This document shows, piece by piece, positions 1 to 9,452 of a stretch of DNA of 64,000 bases. The translations under genes and the position numbers were made by a program. The stretch lies in contig CAWDDT010000006.1 of NCBI GenBank assembly GCA_963801165.1, positions 448,001-512,000 of the forward strand, written 5' to 3'. Under the pieces are notes generated by a model. It made no database searches, was not told where the DNA came from, and saw only the letters and a list, made by a program, of their open reading frames with translations. The stretch's first letter is position 1. Each line of letters starts with the position of its first letter. The DNA is from an uncultured bacterium. GTDB taxonomy: Bacteria > Actinomycetota > Acidimicrobiia > Spongiisociales > UBA5794.

Positions 1-167
1 GCAGCCGTGGTCCCGGTATCGATGAACTCCGTGGCTCGATACACAATGACCTCTTGCACGTTGGCCCGTGCGTCTGATTCTACCGTCGACAAGTACTGCC
101 ACACGGAGAACGCCGACACCGCAGCCAATGCCAGCGCGATGATCAATACCAGGGATCGTCTACCCAT
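1..167 (-). CDS. cpaB: Flp/Tad pilus assembly protein CpaB/RcpC, 5' part (runs off the window start)
   Basis: Not in the ORF track. Manual translation from ATG at 167 gives MGRRSLVLIIALALAAVSAFSVWQYLSTVESDARANVQEVIVYRATEFIDTGTTA..., an N-terminal TM helix followed by the start of a SAF-like domain. Tad genes lie nearby. Confidence 0.7.
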   Translation of the reverse strand, partial: MGRRSLVLIIALALAAVSAFSVWQYLSTVESDARANVQEVIVYRATEFIDTGTTA

Positions 168-283
168 TTCAGTTGGCCCTTCCGGTCTGTTCTGAAAGCA
201 CTACACGACCGAGATCAAACAGAGACCCCACACGCCGCGCTAATAGCCAAGCACCACAGTGCCCGGTGTCAAGTACCTTTGAG

Positions 284-1957
284 CTACTTGCGACCGATGC
301 CTCGCTCTTTGAGTTCCTCGAGGATGGCTTCAAGAGACGCGTCGGCAGCGAAGGTCGGAACCTCTGTGGCTTCGTCTTCACGCTGGAACTCCCTGCGTCT
401 CGGTCGGCTCGGCGTACGCCGCTGACTGAATGTCGTGCGTTCCTCCCACTCGGGGAGGGCCTGCTTGATTGACAGGCTCACCCGACGTCTGTCGGCATCG
501 ATCTCCGTGACCTTTACCCGTACTTGTTGACCGATCGAAAGTTCTAGCTCGGGACTCTCGACATGGTGGAGTGCAATCTCCGACACATGGACTAGTCCCT
601 CGACACCTTCACCAACTGCGATGAACGCGCCGAATGGCACGGACTTGGTGACCTCGCCGTCGAGGATCGCACCGAGCTCTGTGTCTCGAATGAACTCTTC
701 CCACGGATCCTCGCGAGTCTGGCGAATGGACAGAGAAATTCGCTCCCGGTCGCGTTCTACCGTCAGCACGCGCACCTTGACCTTGTCGCCCACACTGACG
801 ACCTCGCTCGGGTGGCTGACGTGCTGCCACGACAGCTCGGAGACGTGAACGAGGCCGTCCATGCCCCCCAGGTCGACAAATGCCCCGAAGTTGACGACGG
901 ACGAGACGACGCCGTCGCGGATATCGCCTTCCTGGAGCCCGGAGAGAAAGGCCTGCCGCTGCTCTGCCTGCGCCTCTTCCAGATGGGCGCGACGAGACAG
1001 CACGACATTGTTGCGGTTCTTGTCGAGCTCGATCACCTTGGCTTCGATCGTCTCACCGATGAAGGGGGCGAGGTCACGGACCCTGCGGAGGTCCACCAGG
1101 GACGCCGGTAGGAACCCACGCAGACCGATGTCGACTATCAAACCACCTTTGACGACCTCGATGACCGGACCGGTCACGGTGCCGCCCTCGTTCATGATCT
1201 TCTCGATGCGGCCCCAGGCGCGCTCGTACTGGGCCCGCTTCTTGGAGAGAACCAGACGACCCTGATCGTCTTCCATCTGGAGGACCAGTGCCTCGATCGG
1301 TTCGCCCTCCTTGACTACCTCACCGGGATTGACCTGGTTGCGGATCGAGAGCTCGTGGAGCGGGATCACGCCCTCAGCCTTGAAGCCGATATCGACGAGT
1401 ACCTCATCGGGATCGACGCGCACGACAATGCCGGCGACGATGTCACCCTCCTTGAATTCGAACACGGTTCGTTCGATGACCGCGGCGAAATCCTCCACGC
1501 TGAGGTTGTCGGCCACATCGCCGATATCCCGGGGTGCGGTGATCGCAGGGCGCTCACCGACACCGTAACGATATTGGGGCGGCTCGATGGCAGGTTCGGG
1601 CTCGGTCGGCTCGACCGCCGCTGGAACGGCAGACTCGGATGATGAGACTTCTGGCGTTTCCTCGGGAGTTGCCGCAGGATCGACAGGGCCCGTCGTCTCC
1701 GCTGTTGTCGTCTCCGCTGTTGTCGTCTCCGCTTCCATGGTGTCGGCGGGAACAGTCGGGGAAGTCACGTCGGCGGCTTCCCCGGTTGCGGTGTCGGCGG
1801 GAACAGTCGTGGAAGTCACGTCGGCGGCTTCCTCGGTTGCGGTGTCGGCGGGGACAGTCGGGGAGGTCACCTCGGCGACTTCCTCGGTTGCGATGGTAGG
1901 GGCTTCCGCACCCTCAGCCGTTGGCTGAGTGGGCTCGGTCACCGGTTCGTCGGACAT
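284..1957 (-). CDS. rpsA: 30S ribosomal protein S1 (four S1 domains) with a long acidic repeat-containing N-terminal extension
   Basis: S1 repeats (VLVDIGFKAEGVIP, LIVDIGLRGFLPASLV, FGAFVDLGGMDGLVHVSELSW, FGAFIAVGEGVEGLVHVSEI). AAGGAG lies upstream. Follows polA as in other Actinobacteria. Confidence 0.97.
   Translation of the reverse strand: MSDEPVTEPTQPTAEGAEAPTIATEEVAEVTSPTVPADTATEEAADVTSTTVPADTATGEAADVTSPTVPADTMEAETTTAETTTAETTGPVDPAATPEETPEVSSSESAVPAAVEPTEPEPAIEPPQYRYGVGERPAITAPRDIGDVADNLSVEDFAAVIERTVFEFKEGDIVAGIVVRVDPDEVLVDIGFKAEGVIPLHELSIRNQVNPGEVVKEGEPIEALVLQMEDDQGRLVLSKKRAQYERAWGRIEKIMNEGGTVTGPVIEVVKGGLIVDIGLRGFLPASLVDLRRVRDLAPFIGETIEAKVIELDKNRNNVVLSRRAHLEEAQAEQRQAFLSGLQEGDIRDGVVSSVVNFGAFVDLGGMDGLVHVSELSWQHVSHPSEVVSVGDKVKVRVLTVERDRERISLSIRQTREDPWEEFIRDTELGAILDGEVTKSVPFGAFIAVGEGVEGLVHVSEIALHHVESPELELSIGQQVRVKVTEIDADRRRVSLSIKQALPEWEERTTFSQRRTPSRPRRREFQREDEATEVPTFAADASLEAILEELKERGIGRK
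1692..1733. repeat. 15-bp tandem repeat x2.8 (GTCGTCTCCGCTGTT), in frame in rpsA (AETTT)
   Basis: Read directly from the sequence. Confidence 0.95.
1740..1892. repeat. 51-bp tandem repeat x3, in frame in rpsA (17-aa unit ATEEAADVTSPTVPADT)
   Basis: Three near-identical copies at 1740, 1791 and 1842. Confidence 0.95.
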
Positions 1958-2027
1958 GTGTGTACGTCAACTCCTTGAGAAACATGGATTTGTCCCCCGC
2001 GCGCGAAGGCCAGAGGAGACGGGCGAG

Positions 2028-2058
2028 ATGGTAGCACGCTGCCAGCCCCTTCGGTCAA
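2028..2058 (-). promoter_or_regulatory. Putative housekeeping-sigma promoter of rpsA
   Basis: Minus strand TTGACC-N19-TACCAT with extended -10 (TGC TACCAT); spacer is slightly long. Confidence 0.5.
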
Positions 2059-2103
2059 GGTTGTTTCGCTATCTGCCAGCAATCGCCACACCGGGTTGGC
2101 TGA

Positions 2104-4740
2104 TCAGTGCTCAACGTCGGCAAGGGTCTTCCCGGCGGCCGTCTCCACACGGAGAGGCACCCGGAGCTCGACGATTCCCTCCATGACGGATCTGATGAGA
2201 TCCGTAACAGCGTCGACCTCGTCCTCCGGCACCTCCAGCACGAGCTCGTCGTGGATCTGAAGCAACATCTCGGCGCCGAGCCGCCTATTACGCAGCTCCT
2301 CCTCAAGTACGACCATGGCCTTCTTGATGATGTCGGCCGCCGAGCCCTGGATGGGTGCGTTGAGCGCCATTCTCTCGCCTGCCTGTCTCGTCCTGAAGTT
2401 GCCGCTCGACAGCTCGGGGAGATAGCGTCGGCGGCCCAGGATGGTCGTGGTGTAGCCGGAATCACGAGCGGCAGCCACGATGCCCTGCATAAAGTCCCTG
2501 ACTTCCGGGAACCGATCGAAGTACACGTCGATATGCGCCTGAGCTTCGGCCCGATCGATCTCGAGACGCTGCGCCAGCCCGTACGCCTCCATTCCGTACA
2601 AGAGACCGAAGTTGATCATCTTGGCGCGACGCCGTTGCTCGGTGGTCACATCTTCGATGGCAACGCCGCTGACGTTGGCAGCCGTGGCCGCGTGGATGTC
2701 GAAGTTGTTGCGGAACGCATCGACCAGACCAGGGTCGCCCGAGAGATGAGCCAGAATCCGCAGTTCGATCTGGCTGTAGTCGGCGACCAGGAACTGCCAC
2801 CCGTCGGCCGCCGTAAATGCCCGGCGGATCGCCCGCCCTTCGGCGGTACGCACCGGTATGTTCTGCAGGTTCGGCTGTTCCTGCGAGAGGCGCCCGGTGG
2901 CGGCTGCCATCTGGTTGAACCGGCCCCTGACCCTCCCATCGGGCTCGATCAGCGGCAGCAGGGCGTCGACGTAGGTCGAGCGAAGCTTCTCCAACTCCCG
3001 GTATGTCAACAGATCGTCGACGATCGGATGCCCTTCCCGGAGCTTGCCCAAAACCGAAGCGTCGGTGGACGGCACGCCCTTGGGGGTCTTCTTCAGCACG
3101 GGCAGCCCGAGCTGATCGAAAAGGATCTCCCGCAACTGGAGGGTGGAGTTGATGTTGAAGGGACCACCTGCCGCGGCATGGATTGCCGTCTCGAGCTCGC
3201 CCAGTCTCTTGCGAAGATCCGCACCAAAACCCTCGAGGAACTCCCGATCGATCAGTACCCCGGTCGATTCCATCCGCGCCAGGATCCCGACCAACGGCAA
3301 CTCGATGGCTACGAACAGATCGGCTTCTCCGCGGGCTTCCAGTTGTGCCCGCAACGGCTCGACGAGATCACGGATTGCGACGGCCCGCCGGCCCAGCGCT
3401 TCGAGGTCAGGCCCCCGTGACCCTTCGAAATCGAACGACCCTTGCGCGGCCGCCGACTCCTCATTGGCCGCAACCGCCATCCCCAGCTCGCGGTAGGCGA
3501 GATCTTCGAGATCCGGGACCCGCTGGCCGGGGTTGATGATGTAGCCGGCGAGCGCGGTGTCGAAGCCGACCACCGGCGGCTCGATGCCGACGTCGATGAG
3601 CGCTCTGATGAATGGCTTGGCGTCATGGGCTACCAACCCGCGGCCGGCTCGTATCGCCGCAACCAGGTCGCCGAGATGCGGTTCGGGAACGAAAACTGCC
3701 TGATTGTCGTCGGCCGCCACCATGACACCCCCGACCCCGTCCGCTTCCCACAACGGCTCGACGGAAACCACACCGACCCCGATAGCCTCTTTGATCTGCC
3801 CGGCTGAATTGGCCGTTGTGACCGATATCTCGCGCTCCTGGGCCTCTGCGGCGTGGAACCCTCCGAGCTCGGTGAGACGCTCCCAGACATCACGGAAAGC
3901 CAAACCGGCGAACACGGTCTGCACCTCGTCACGGTCCCACTCCTGGAGTCGCAGCATCTCCGGTGTCACCCCGGCCGGCTCTTCCTCGATGCGCACGTCC
4001 GGAAGCATCAGCATGAGGTCTCGATTGAGATACACCTGCTCACGGTGCGTCCCCAGATTTTCCCGTAATCTGGGGGTCTGCTCGTCGAGATGCTCATAGA
4101 TGCCATCGAGGCTCCCATACTCGGAGATGAGACGAGCCGCCGTCTTCTCGCCCACCCCGGGCACACCCGGCAGATTGTCCGATGAGTCACCGCGCAGCGC
4201 GGCATATTCCCGGTACTGGGTCGGGGCAACGCCGTATTTCTCCGCGATCCATTGCGGTGAGGCCGTGACGACATCGGAGATCCCCCGACGGGTGTACAGG
4301 ACCGTCACATCGTCACTGACGATTTGGAAACTGTCCCGGTCGCCGGTCACTACGAGCACCCGCCAATCGTCGGCGACGGCCGCCGCGGCGACCGTTGCGA
4401 TGACGTCGTCGGCCTCGTACCCGGGCGAGGTCAGCTGCCGGATCCGCAGCACGTCGAGCACCTCCCGGATGAGTGGAAGCTGGCTCGCGAACAGGTCGGG
4501 GGGCGATTCTCGCTGTGCCTTGTACTCGGGGAACTTCTCCTTGCGCAGGTTCGGTCCGCGCACGTCCCAGGCCACGGCAACCGCGTCTGGCTTCTCCTCA
4601 CGGAGAAGACGTACCAGCATGTTGGTGAACCCGAGGACCGCATTCGTCACCTGACCGGCGGGTGTTGCCAGATCGGTGGGCAGCGCGTAGAAAGCGCGGT
4701 AGGCGAGACTGTGTCCGTCGAGAAGAGCGAGCGTCGGCAT
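2104..4740 (-). CDS. polA: DNA polymerase I
   Basis: 5' nuclease motifs (LDGHSLAYRAF, YKAQR, EADD, GDRD, GVGEKTA) and polymerase motifs (DYSQIELR, AKMINFGLLYG, QIHDEL). Confidence 0.98.
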   Translation of the reverse strand: MPTLALLDGHSLAYRAFYALPTDLATPAGQVTNAVLGFTNMLVRLLREEKPDAVAVAWDVRGPNLRKEKFPEYKAQRESPPDLFASQLPLIREVLDVLRIRQLTSPGYEADDVIATVAAAAVADDWRVLVVTGDRDSFQIVSDDVTVLYTRRGISDVVTASPQWIAEKYGVAPTQYREYAALRGDSSDNLPGVPGVGEKTAARLISEYGSLDGIYEHLDEQTPRLRENLGTHREQVYLNRDLMLMLPDVRIEEEPAGVTPEMLRLQEWDRDEVQTVFAGLAFRDVWERLTELGGFHAAEAQEREISVTTANSAGQIKEAIGVGVVSVEPLWEADGVGGVMVAADDNQAVFVPEPHLGDLVAAIRAGRGLVAHDAKPFIRALIDVGIEPPVVGFDTALAGYIINPGQRVPDLEDLAYRELGMAVAANEESAAAQGSFDFEGSRGPDLEALGRRAVAIRDLVEPLRAQLEARGEADLFVAIELPLVGILARMESTGVLIDREFLEGFGADLRKRLGELETAIHAAAGGPFNINSTLQLREILFDQLGLPVLKKTPKGVPSTDASVLGKLREGHPIVDDLLTYRELEKLRSTYVDALLPLIEPDGRVRGRFNQMAAATGRLSQEQPNLQNIPVRTAEGRAIRRAFTAADGWQFLVADYSQIELRILAHLSGDPGLVDAFRNNFDIHAATAANVSGVAIEDVTTEQRRRAKMINFGLLYGMEAYGLAQRLEIDRAEAQAHIDVYFDRFPEVRDFMQGIVAAARDSGYTTTILGRRRYLPELSSGNFRTRQAGERMALNAPIQGSAADIIKKAMVVLEEELRNRRLGAEMLLQIHDELVLEVPEDEVDAVTDLIRSVMEGIVELRVPLRVETAAGKTLADVEH

Positions 4741-4799
4741 CCCGTGATCGTACCGGACCTGGCGATGCCGATGACGGCTACGCCGACGAGGCCCCGTTG

Positions 4800-6356
4800 C
4801 TACTCAACGAGCGAGACGGGATTGCCCTCTATGTGCGCCGACCAGGTGGTGGTGTCGCGGGCGCCACCGGCCGCGCTCACCTGATACGTGACCTTGATGG
4901 TCCACCAGCAGTCGCCCGAGCAGGTGTAATCGTCGGGGATGTCAACGCGGATCTGCACCTGACCGTCGTCGTAATCGTTGGGGCCGTACGAGACGCTGCA
5001 CGGATCGTATGTGGCCCCAGTGGCACTCCAGGTACACGACGGCGAGGTGCCGTCCGGCTTGAAGATCTCGGTCTTGATGTTGCCGGAGTCTGGATCCCAC
5101 AACTCGACCACCATCTCCTTGCCGGCGTGAACCGGCTGCACCTCGGCCAGGTCGAACGTAGCCGTTTGTCCAGAGAAGTTCACGTATATCGACATGTCAC
5201 CCAGACCGTAGAGGCGCGGGCTGCCATTGTTGGCCGATGCCCGCAGCGAGTAGCGATTGAGGCCCCTGCCGCCGTCGTTGGCGACCACAACCCTCAGCGG
5301 ATAGACACCGGCGCCGGCATTGAAGGTCGTGCCACACATGCGGTCCCACAGCGACGCGACCCCACCGGGGACACCGATCTCGACGTCGTCCCAATTCAGC
5401 TCGCCGTCGCCGTTCTGGTCATCGCCCGCGTTCACAAATCCGTCGCCGTTGAAGTCGGCGAAACTGTCCTGGGGGTCGTACTTGACCGAGCAGAGCACGG
5501 TGTTGTCGGTCGTGTTGAGCGGCGTTGGGTCGGGGGCGTAGAGAATGAACCACGTCGTCGGCGGCGGGTCCCCCCAGTGTGTGTTGTCGCCGACCAGGAC
5601 GTTGTCTCCGCCCCCGCGGTAGAACGGACCGTCAAAAACCTCGACCGATAGATCCGTCGCACCATCGGGAACTTCGACCCCATAGAGGTACCCACCGCTC
5701 GTAGGAACGCCACCGCTCGTTGCCGTCGGCCGAGCGTCCGGGTTCTTCGCGCAACTGCTGCCGGTGTCGTCGTGGAGGCATTGTGATGCAAAACGGTCAC
5801 CCAACTGGCGTCCCGTGTAATAGCCGTGGATGTTGGCCCAGAAGTGCGGCTCACGGCCGGGAATGCTCGGGTCCTCACCGAAGTACGGCAGATTGCTGCC
5901 CATCGGGAGCGGCAACACGTACTCGGCAACCGCTGTGCGCGACATCGTGATCGAGTCGAAGCCGAAGACACGCATGAAGAAGGTGTCGACAGTATCGGTG
6001 ACCGTAACCCGGAGCTGGAACTGATTGTCAACCGCGGTCGCGTCGTCGGAATAGTCGACGGGAGTCACCGTCGTGCCACCCACGCCGTCGACATATCCGT
6101 TGTCGCCGGCGATGGCATCTGCCGTGTCGTACGCCTGGGTCTGGTCACCCGGTTCGTAGACGACGCCGGCGAGAGCCGCGGCGTCTGCGCCGTGCTGGAT
6201 CCTGATCCCGTTGAGGTACAGCCACCCGAAGTCGACAGAAAATGCGGCGAAGCCGAGCAGCACCGTCATACTTGCGGCGACGAGGACAACAGCGGCCCCC
6301 GCCTCGGCACGCTCGCTGAACCCGAGCTTGGCAACGATGCGTCGAGCCAGTTTCAC
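4800..6356 (-). CDS. TadG-like (Tad domain) minor pilin/adhesin with large Cys-containing C-terminal domain
   Basis: Prepilin-like EAG|AAVVLV, hydrophobic helix, VDFGWLY...QHGADAAALAG, and TFFMRVFG motif. Confidence 0.85.
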   Translation of the reverse strand: MKLARRIVAKLGFSERAEAGAAVVLVAASMTVLLGFAAFSVDFGWLYLNGIRIQHGADAAALAGVVYEPGDQTQAYDTADAIAGDNGYVDGVGGTTVTPVDYSDDATAVDNQFQLRVTVTDTVDTFFMRVFGFDSITMSRTAVAEYVLPLPMGSNLPYFGEDPSIPGREPHFWANIHGYYTGRQLGDRFASQCLHDDTGSSCAKNPDARPTATSGGVPTSGGYLYGVEVPDGATDLSVEVFDGPFYRGGGDNVLVGDNTHWGDPPPTTWFILYAPDPTPLNTTDNTVLCSVKYDPQDSFADFNGDGFVNAGDDQNGDGELNWDDVEIGVPGGVASLWDRMCGTTFNAGAGVYPLRVVVANDGGRGLNRYSLRASANNGSPRLYGLGDMSIYVNFSGQTATFDLAEVQPVHAGKEMVVELWDPDSGNIKTEIFKPDGTSPSCTWSATGATYDPCSVSYGPNDYDDGQVQIRVDIPDDYTCSGDCWWTIKVTYQVSAAGGARDTTTWSAHIEGNPVSLVE

Positions 6357-6931
6357 GGGGAAGCTCCAAAGACGTCAGGCTCGAGACGGACCAGCGCCCG
6401 CTCTACGAAGTTGCGGTCGAGGTACGGGAGAATATTGGTCACCGGGGTGTGGTGGTAGGTGATCTCGACACCGAGGACATCCAGACCACCACCGGTCGGC
6501 TCGAGAGTGGTGTCCCGATCGTCCGGGGGCCAGCCGGCGCCACCGTAGGAAAAGCCGGGGATATTGGGATCCGGACACGGAGTCCACTTGCACAGCGGGT
6601 CGCTGCCATCGTACTGGTAGCGGTCGTACGCACCCGTCTTCGCCCCGGTGTCGGGATCCGCCTTGAAGATGTCGACCTGCACGATCACACCGGGGTCTAC
6701 CTGACCATACAGACCCACTTCGATCGCCTCGAGGATCCTGATGTCGGCCTCGGCCCGGTTGCCCATCGTCGCACCGGTGCGACCGGCGGAGTTGGCAGCT
6801 GATGCGACCGTGAGACGCTCTTTGAAGGCAAGACCAAACTCGAGCGAGCCGAGGATGAGCAGGATCAGCAGCGGCAGGACAAACGCCATCTCAACGAGTG
6901 TTGCCCCGTCCTCGCGTTTGATGTTTTTCAT
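6353..6931 (-). CDS. TadE/TadF family pseudopilin
   Basis: EDG|ATLVEMAFVLPLLILLILGSLEFG motif. Start placed at MKNIKRE (6931), downstream of GGGGAC. Overlaps the next gene by 4 bp. Confidence 0.88.
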   Translation of the reverse strand: MKNIKREDGATLVEMAFVLPLLILLILGSLEFGLAFKERLTVASAANSAGRTGATMGNRAEADIRILEAIEVGLYGQVDPGVIVQVDIFKADPDTGAKTGAYDRYQYDGSDPLCKWTPCPDPNIPGFSYGGAGWPPDDRDTTLEPTGGGLDVLGVEITYHHTPVTNILPYLDRNFVERALVRLEPDVFGASP

Positions 6932-7093
6932 ATCGTCCCCTGCCCGGTCAGTTTTCGTGGAGACTACCACACGCATTCGTGCGACCACTCTGCGTGAGTA
7001 TAGCTGTCCCGGCCACAATTATCTAGAGGGGCATCATATGCACGTCGGACGGCTACCGGAAGACACTCCGTGACATAGGCATGTACTGACTAG

Positions 7094-7120
7094 TTATCGG
7101 TCGGTCGCGCCGACGTTCAG
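7094..7120 (-). promoter_or_regulatory. Putative sigma28 (FliA/WhiG)-type promoter for the second tadE-tadG cassette
   Basis: Minus strand CTGAACGT-N11-ACCGATAA. The -10 matches GCCGATAA at 7/8; the -35 is weak. Confidence 0.45.
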
Positions 7121-8679
7121 GGAACGAGGTGAATCGGCTGACCGTTGACCGATGCAGTCCAGGTGGTGCGGTCGGTAATACCGGCAGAGACGCCGTAGCT
7201 CACGTACACCCAGCAGTCATCGCCGCTGCACGTGTAGTCAGGCGGGACCGTGAACTTGAAGTCGAGCCAGTCGTTGTTGTAGTCACCGGTGTTGAACGTG
7301 AGGTAGCAGTTGGCCCTACCGTCGTCGGGGGCATAGGGGCTCTTGACCCCACCGCTGTCAAAGCGAACCTGCATCTTGCAGTCGATGTTGTTTATCGGCG
7401 CTGCTGCGTTGGGGTTGTCGAACTGCAGTGTTCCCGACGAAGAAGACCCGATGTCGGATACGTCCCAGAGACTGATGACCAGTTCCGCCCCGGCGTAGAC
7501 CTCGTCGAGCCGGGCGATCTTGAATACGGGGTTGGACCCCGTGTCGGTCTGCCACAACGACATCGCCCCCAACCCGTAGACCTGGGTGTCGTTCGACGTC
7601 GAACCGCCCACCAATGTCCGCAGCGAGAAGCCGTTGATGACGTTGGTGTCGTTCTGTACGGACACCTCGACGACATAGATTCCCGCCGAGGCGTTGGGGA
7701 TGGTGCAGATGGTGTCCCAGGCATTCTTGGCACCCGACTCGTAGCTTCCCGAACCGCGACTGTGGTAGTCCGCGTAGCAGAGCTGTACCGAGTTGTCCTT
7801 CCACTGGTTCGGGGTTGCGTCTGGTGCGTAAACCTTGAAGACGGTCACGTTCTTGGACCCGGGGTCGGACGCGTAGCCGCCGGCGGCCCCGGCCGTTGCA
7901 CCGCTGCCGTATTGCCAGTCCTCGGCGGGACCGTCTCCGCCGACATTGTTGCCATCGCCATCGGTGTCATGGGTCACCCCGTCATAGACCTGGATCTGGA
8001 CGCTGTGGCCCTCACTCGCTGAGCCCGGGACGACCTCCACGGCGTACCAGTACGCCGGCGACCGTCGCTCGAAGTTGAGCGAGCCGCCGTCGAGCCACCA
8101 CGATGCATAGGCGTCTCCGGATCCCTTGCCGCGATCCTTCCCCGAGATGGCGAGGTAGAACTGGCGGAGTCTGGCGCCCCCGAGAGTTGGGTCCTCCCCC
8201 AGATATGACTCGTCGCTGCCGATCTTGAGCGGTGGCAGCTGCTCGGCCGTAGCCGTCTCGTTGATCTTGAAGCTATCGCGGCCAAAAACGCGCATGAAGA
8301 ACGTGTCGACTGTGGTGGCGACGTTGACACTGAGCTGGTTGCAGTTGGCCCCCTTGCTCGGCGTCACCGTCGCGTTTGCGCCGTGCTCGTACCCCTGGCT
8401 AAAAGCAAGCTCGAGCGCGGTTGCGTAGGCCTCGGTGCCGAGGACGGGATCCCCACAACCGGGCAACGGCATGTGGACAACCCCGGCAAGAGCGGCGGCC
8501 TCGGCCGCCTTCTCGACCTTGAGTTGGTTGTAGTAGAGCCAACCGAGGTCGACGGCGAACGCGGCCATTCCCAGCAAGATCACCAAAGAGAGCGCGGTCA
8601 GCACGAGCACGACACCGCGCTCGCGATCATCATGAGAGAGCCTTCTCACCAGGGGCAATTTGCGCAGCAGTCTCATCAT
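7117..8679 (-). CDS. TadG-like (Tad domain) minor pilin/adhesin, paralog of 4800..6356
   Basis: ERG|VVLVLTALSLVILLGMAAFAVDLGWLY...AAEAAALAG and TFFMRVFG. Start set at MMRLLRK after a GGGAG RBS. Confidence 0.85.
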   Translation of the reverse strand: MMRLLRKLPLVRRLSHDDRERGVVLVLTALSLVILLGMAAFAVDLGWLYYNQLKVEKAAEAAALAGVVHMPLPGCGDPVLGTEAYATALELAFSQGYEHGANATVTPSKGANCNQLSVNVATTVDTFFMRVFGRDSFKINETATAEQLPPLKIGSDESYLGEDPTLGGARLRQFYLAISGKDRGKGSGDAYASWWLDGGSLNFERRSPAYWYAVEVVPGSASEGHSVQIQVYDGVTHDTDGDGNNVGGDGPAEDWQYGSGATAGAAGGYASDPGSKNVTVFKVYAPDATPNQWKDNSVQLCYADYHSRGSGSYESGAKNAWDTICTIPNASAGIYVVEVSVQNDTNVINGFSLRTLVGGSTSNDTQVYGLGAMSLWQTDTGSNPVFKIARLDEVYAGAELVISLWDVSDIGSSSSGTLQFDNPNAAAPINNIDCKMQVRFDSGGVKSPYAPDDGRANCYLTFNTGDYNNDWLDFKFTVPPDYTCSGDDCWVYVSYGVSAGITDRTTWTASVNGQPIHLVP

Positions 8680-8687
8680 GGCACTCC

Positions 8688-9326
8688 CTAGAACTGCTGT
8701 GGTTCCATACGCATCGTCGTCCTGTCCACCCAGCAGTTTCCAGGTGGCGAGGTGCATGAGACATCAGGCAGGGGCACCAGACCCCCGGTGATCCATACAT
8801 GCGAGAAGACGATGTCGACACCCATCACATCGAGGGTGCCCACCTGGACATTCCGGCTGTCCGGGGTCCACGACCCGCCGTAGCCGCCGCTGCCATCGTC
8901 GCCCGGACACGGATTCCAGTCACACAACGGTCCGGGGCCATCCCGGTAGTTGTAGTAGTACCTGACACAGTCACCGCCCGGGCATCCGCCGACCGGGTTA
9001 CCGTTCACATCGGACTTGTAGAAGTCGACATACTTGACGACCCCAACCCCGCCACTCGGCAGGTTGGAGAGAGTCTGCTCCAGAGCTTCGAGCATCACCT
9101 GGTCGGCCTCGGGGCCGTTGCCGACCGCAGTCCCGACCCTGGCCGCCGATTGCCCGGCGTTGCCGATGGTCAGTCGATCTCTGAAGGCAAGACCGTACTC
9201 CATGATCCCAAAGAGGATCATCAGCAGCAGCACCGCTACCAGCGCAAACTCCACCATTGACGATCCGTCCTGATCTTCAAAGGCTCCCTTGCGGAGAGTG
9301 GTCATTCGACTACGCATAGTGGTCAT
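8688..9326 (-). CDS. TadE/TadF family pseudopilin, paralog of 6353..6931
   Basis: QDG|SSMVEFALVAVLLLMILFGIMEYG motif. Confidence 0.88.
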   Translation of the reverse strand: MTTMRSRMTTLRKGAFEDQDGSSMVEFALVAVLLLMILFGIMEYGLAFRDRLTIGNAGQSAARVGTAVGNGPEADQVMLEALEQTLSNLPSGGVGVVKYVDFYKSDVNGNPVGGCPGGDCVRYYYNYRDGPGPLCDWNPCPGDDGSGGYGGSWTPDSRNVQVGTLDVMGVDIVFSHVWITGGLVPLPDVSCTSPPGNCWVDRTTMRMEPQQF

Positions 9327-9375
9327 AGGTTACCTGGCCGCTCGTTGAATTGCTAGAGAAAATGATCTCCCGCTT

Positions 9376-9402
9376 CTATCGGCGCGGCTGGAGCAAACTT
9401 GT
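9376..9402 (-). promoter_or_regulatory. Putative sigma28 (FliA/WhiG)-type promoter for the first tadE-tadG cassette
   Basis: Minus strand ACAAGTTT-N11-GCCGATAG versus consensus TAAAGTTT-N11-GCCGATAA, about 50 bp upstream of tadE. Confidence 0.65.
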
Positions 9403-9452
9403 GGGTTTATCTTTGCGACCTGCAGACTCACTAGTCAGCAAGCCCGGCCGCC

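Noticed and set aside
236-272. TTGACA on the minus strand upstream of cpaB as a promoter
   Set aside because: No TANNNT at a 16-19 bp spacing, so a promoter cannot be supported.
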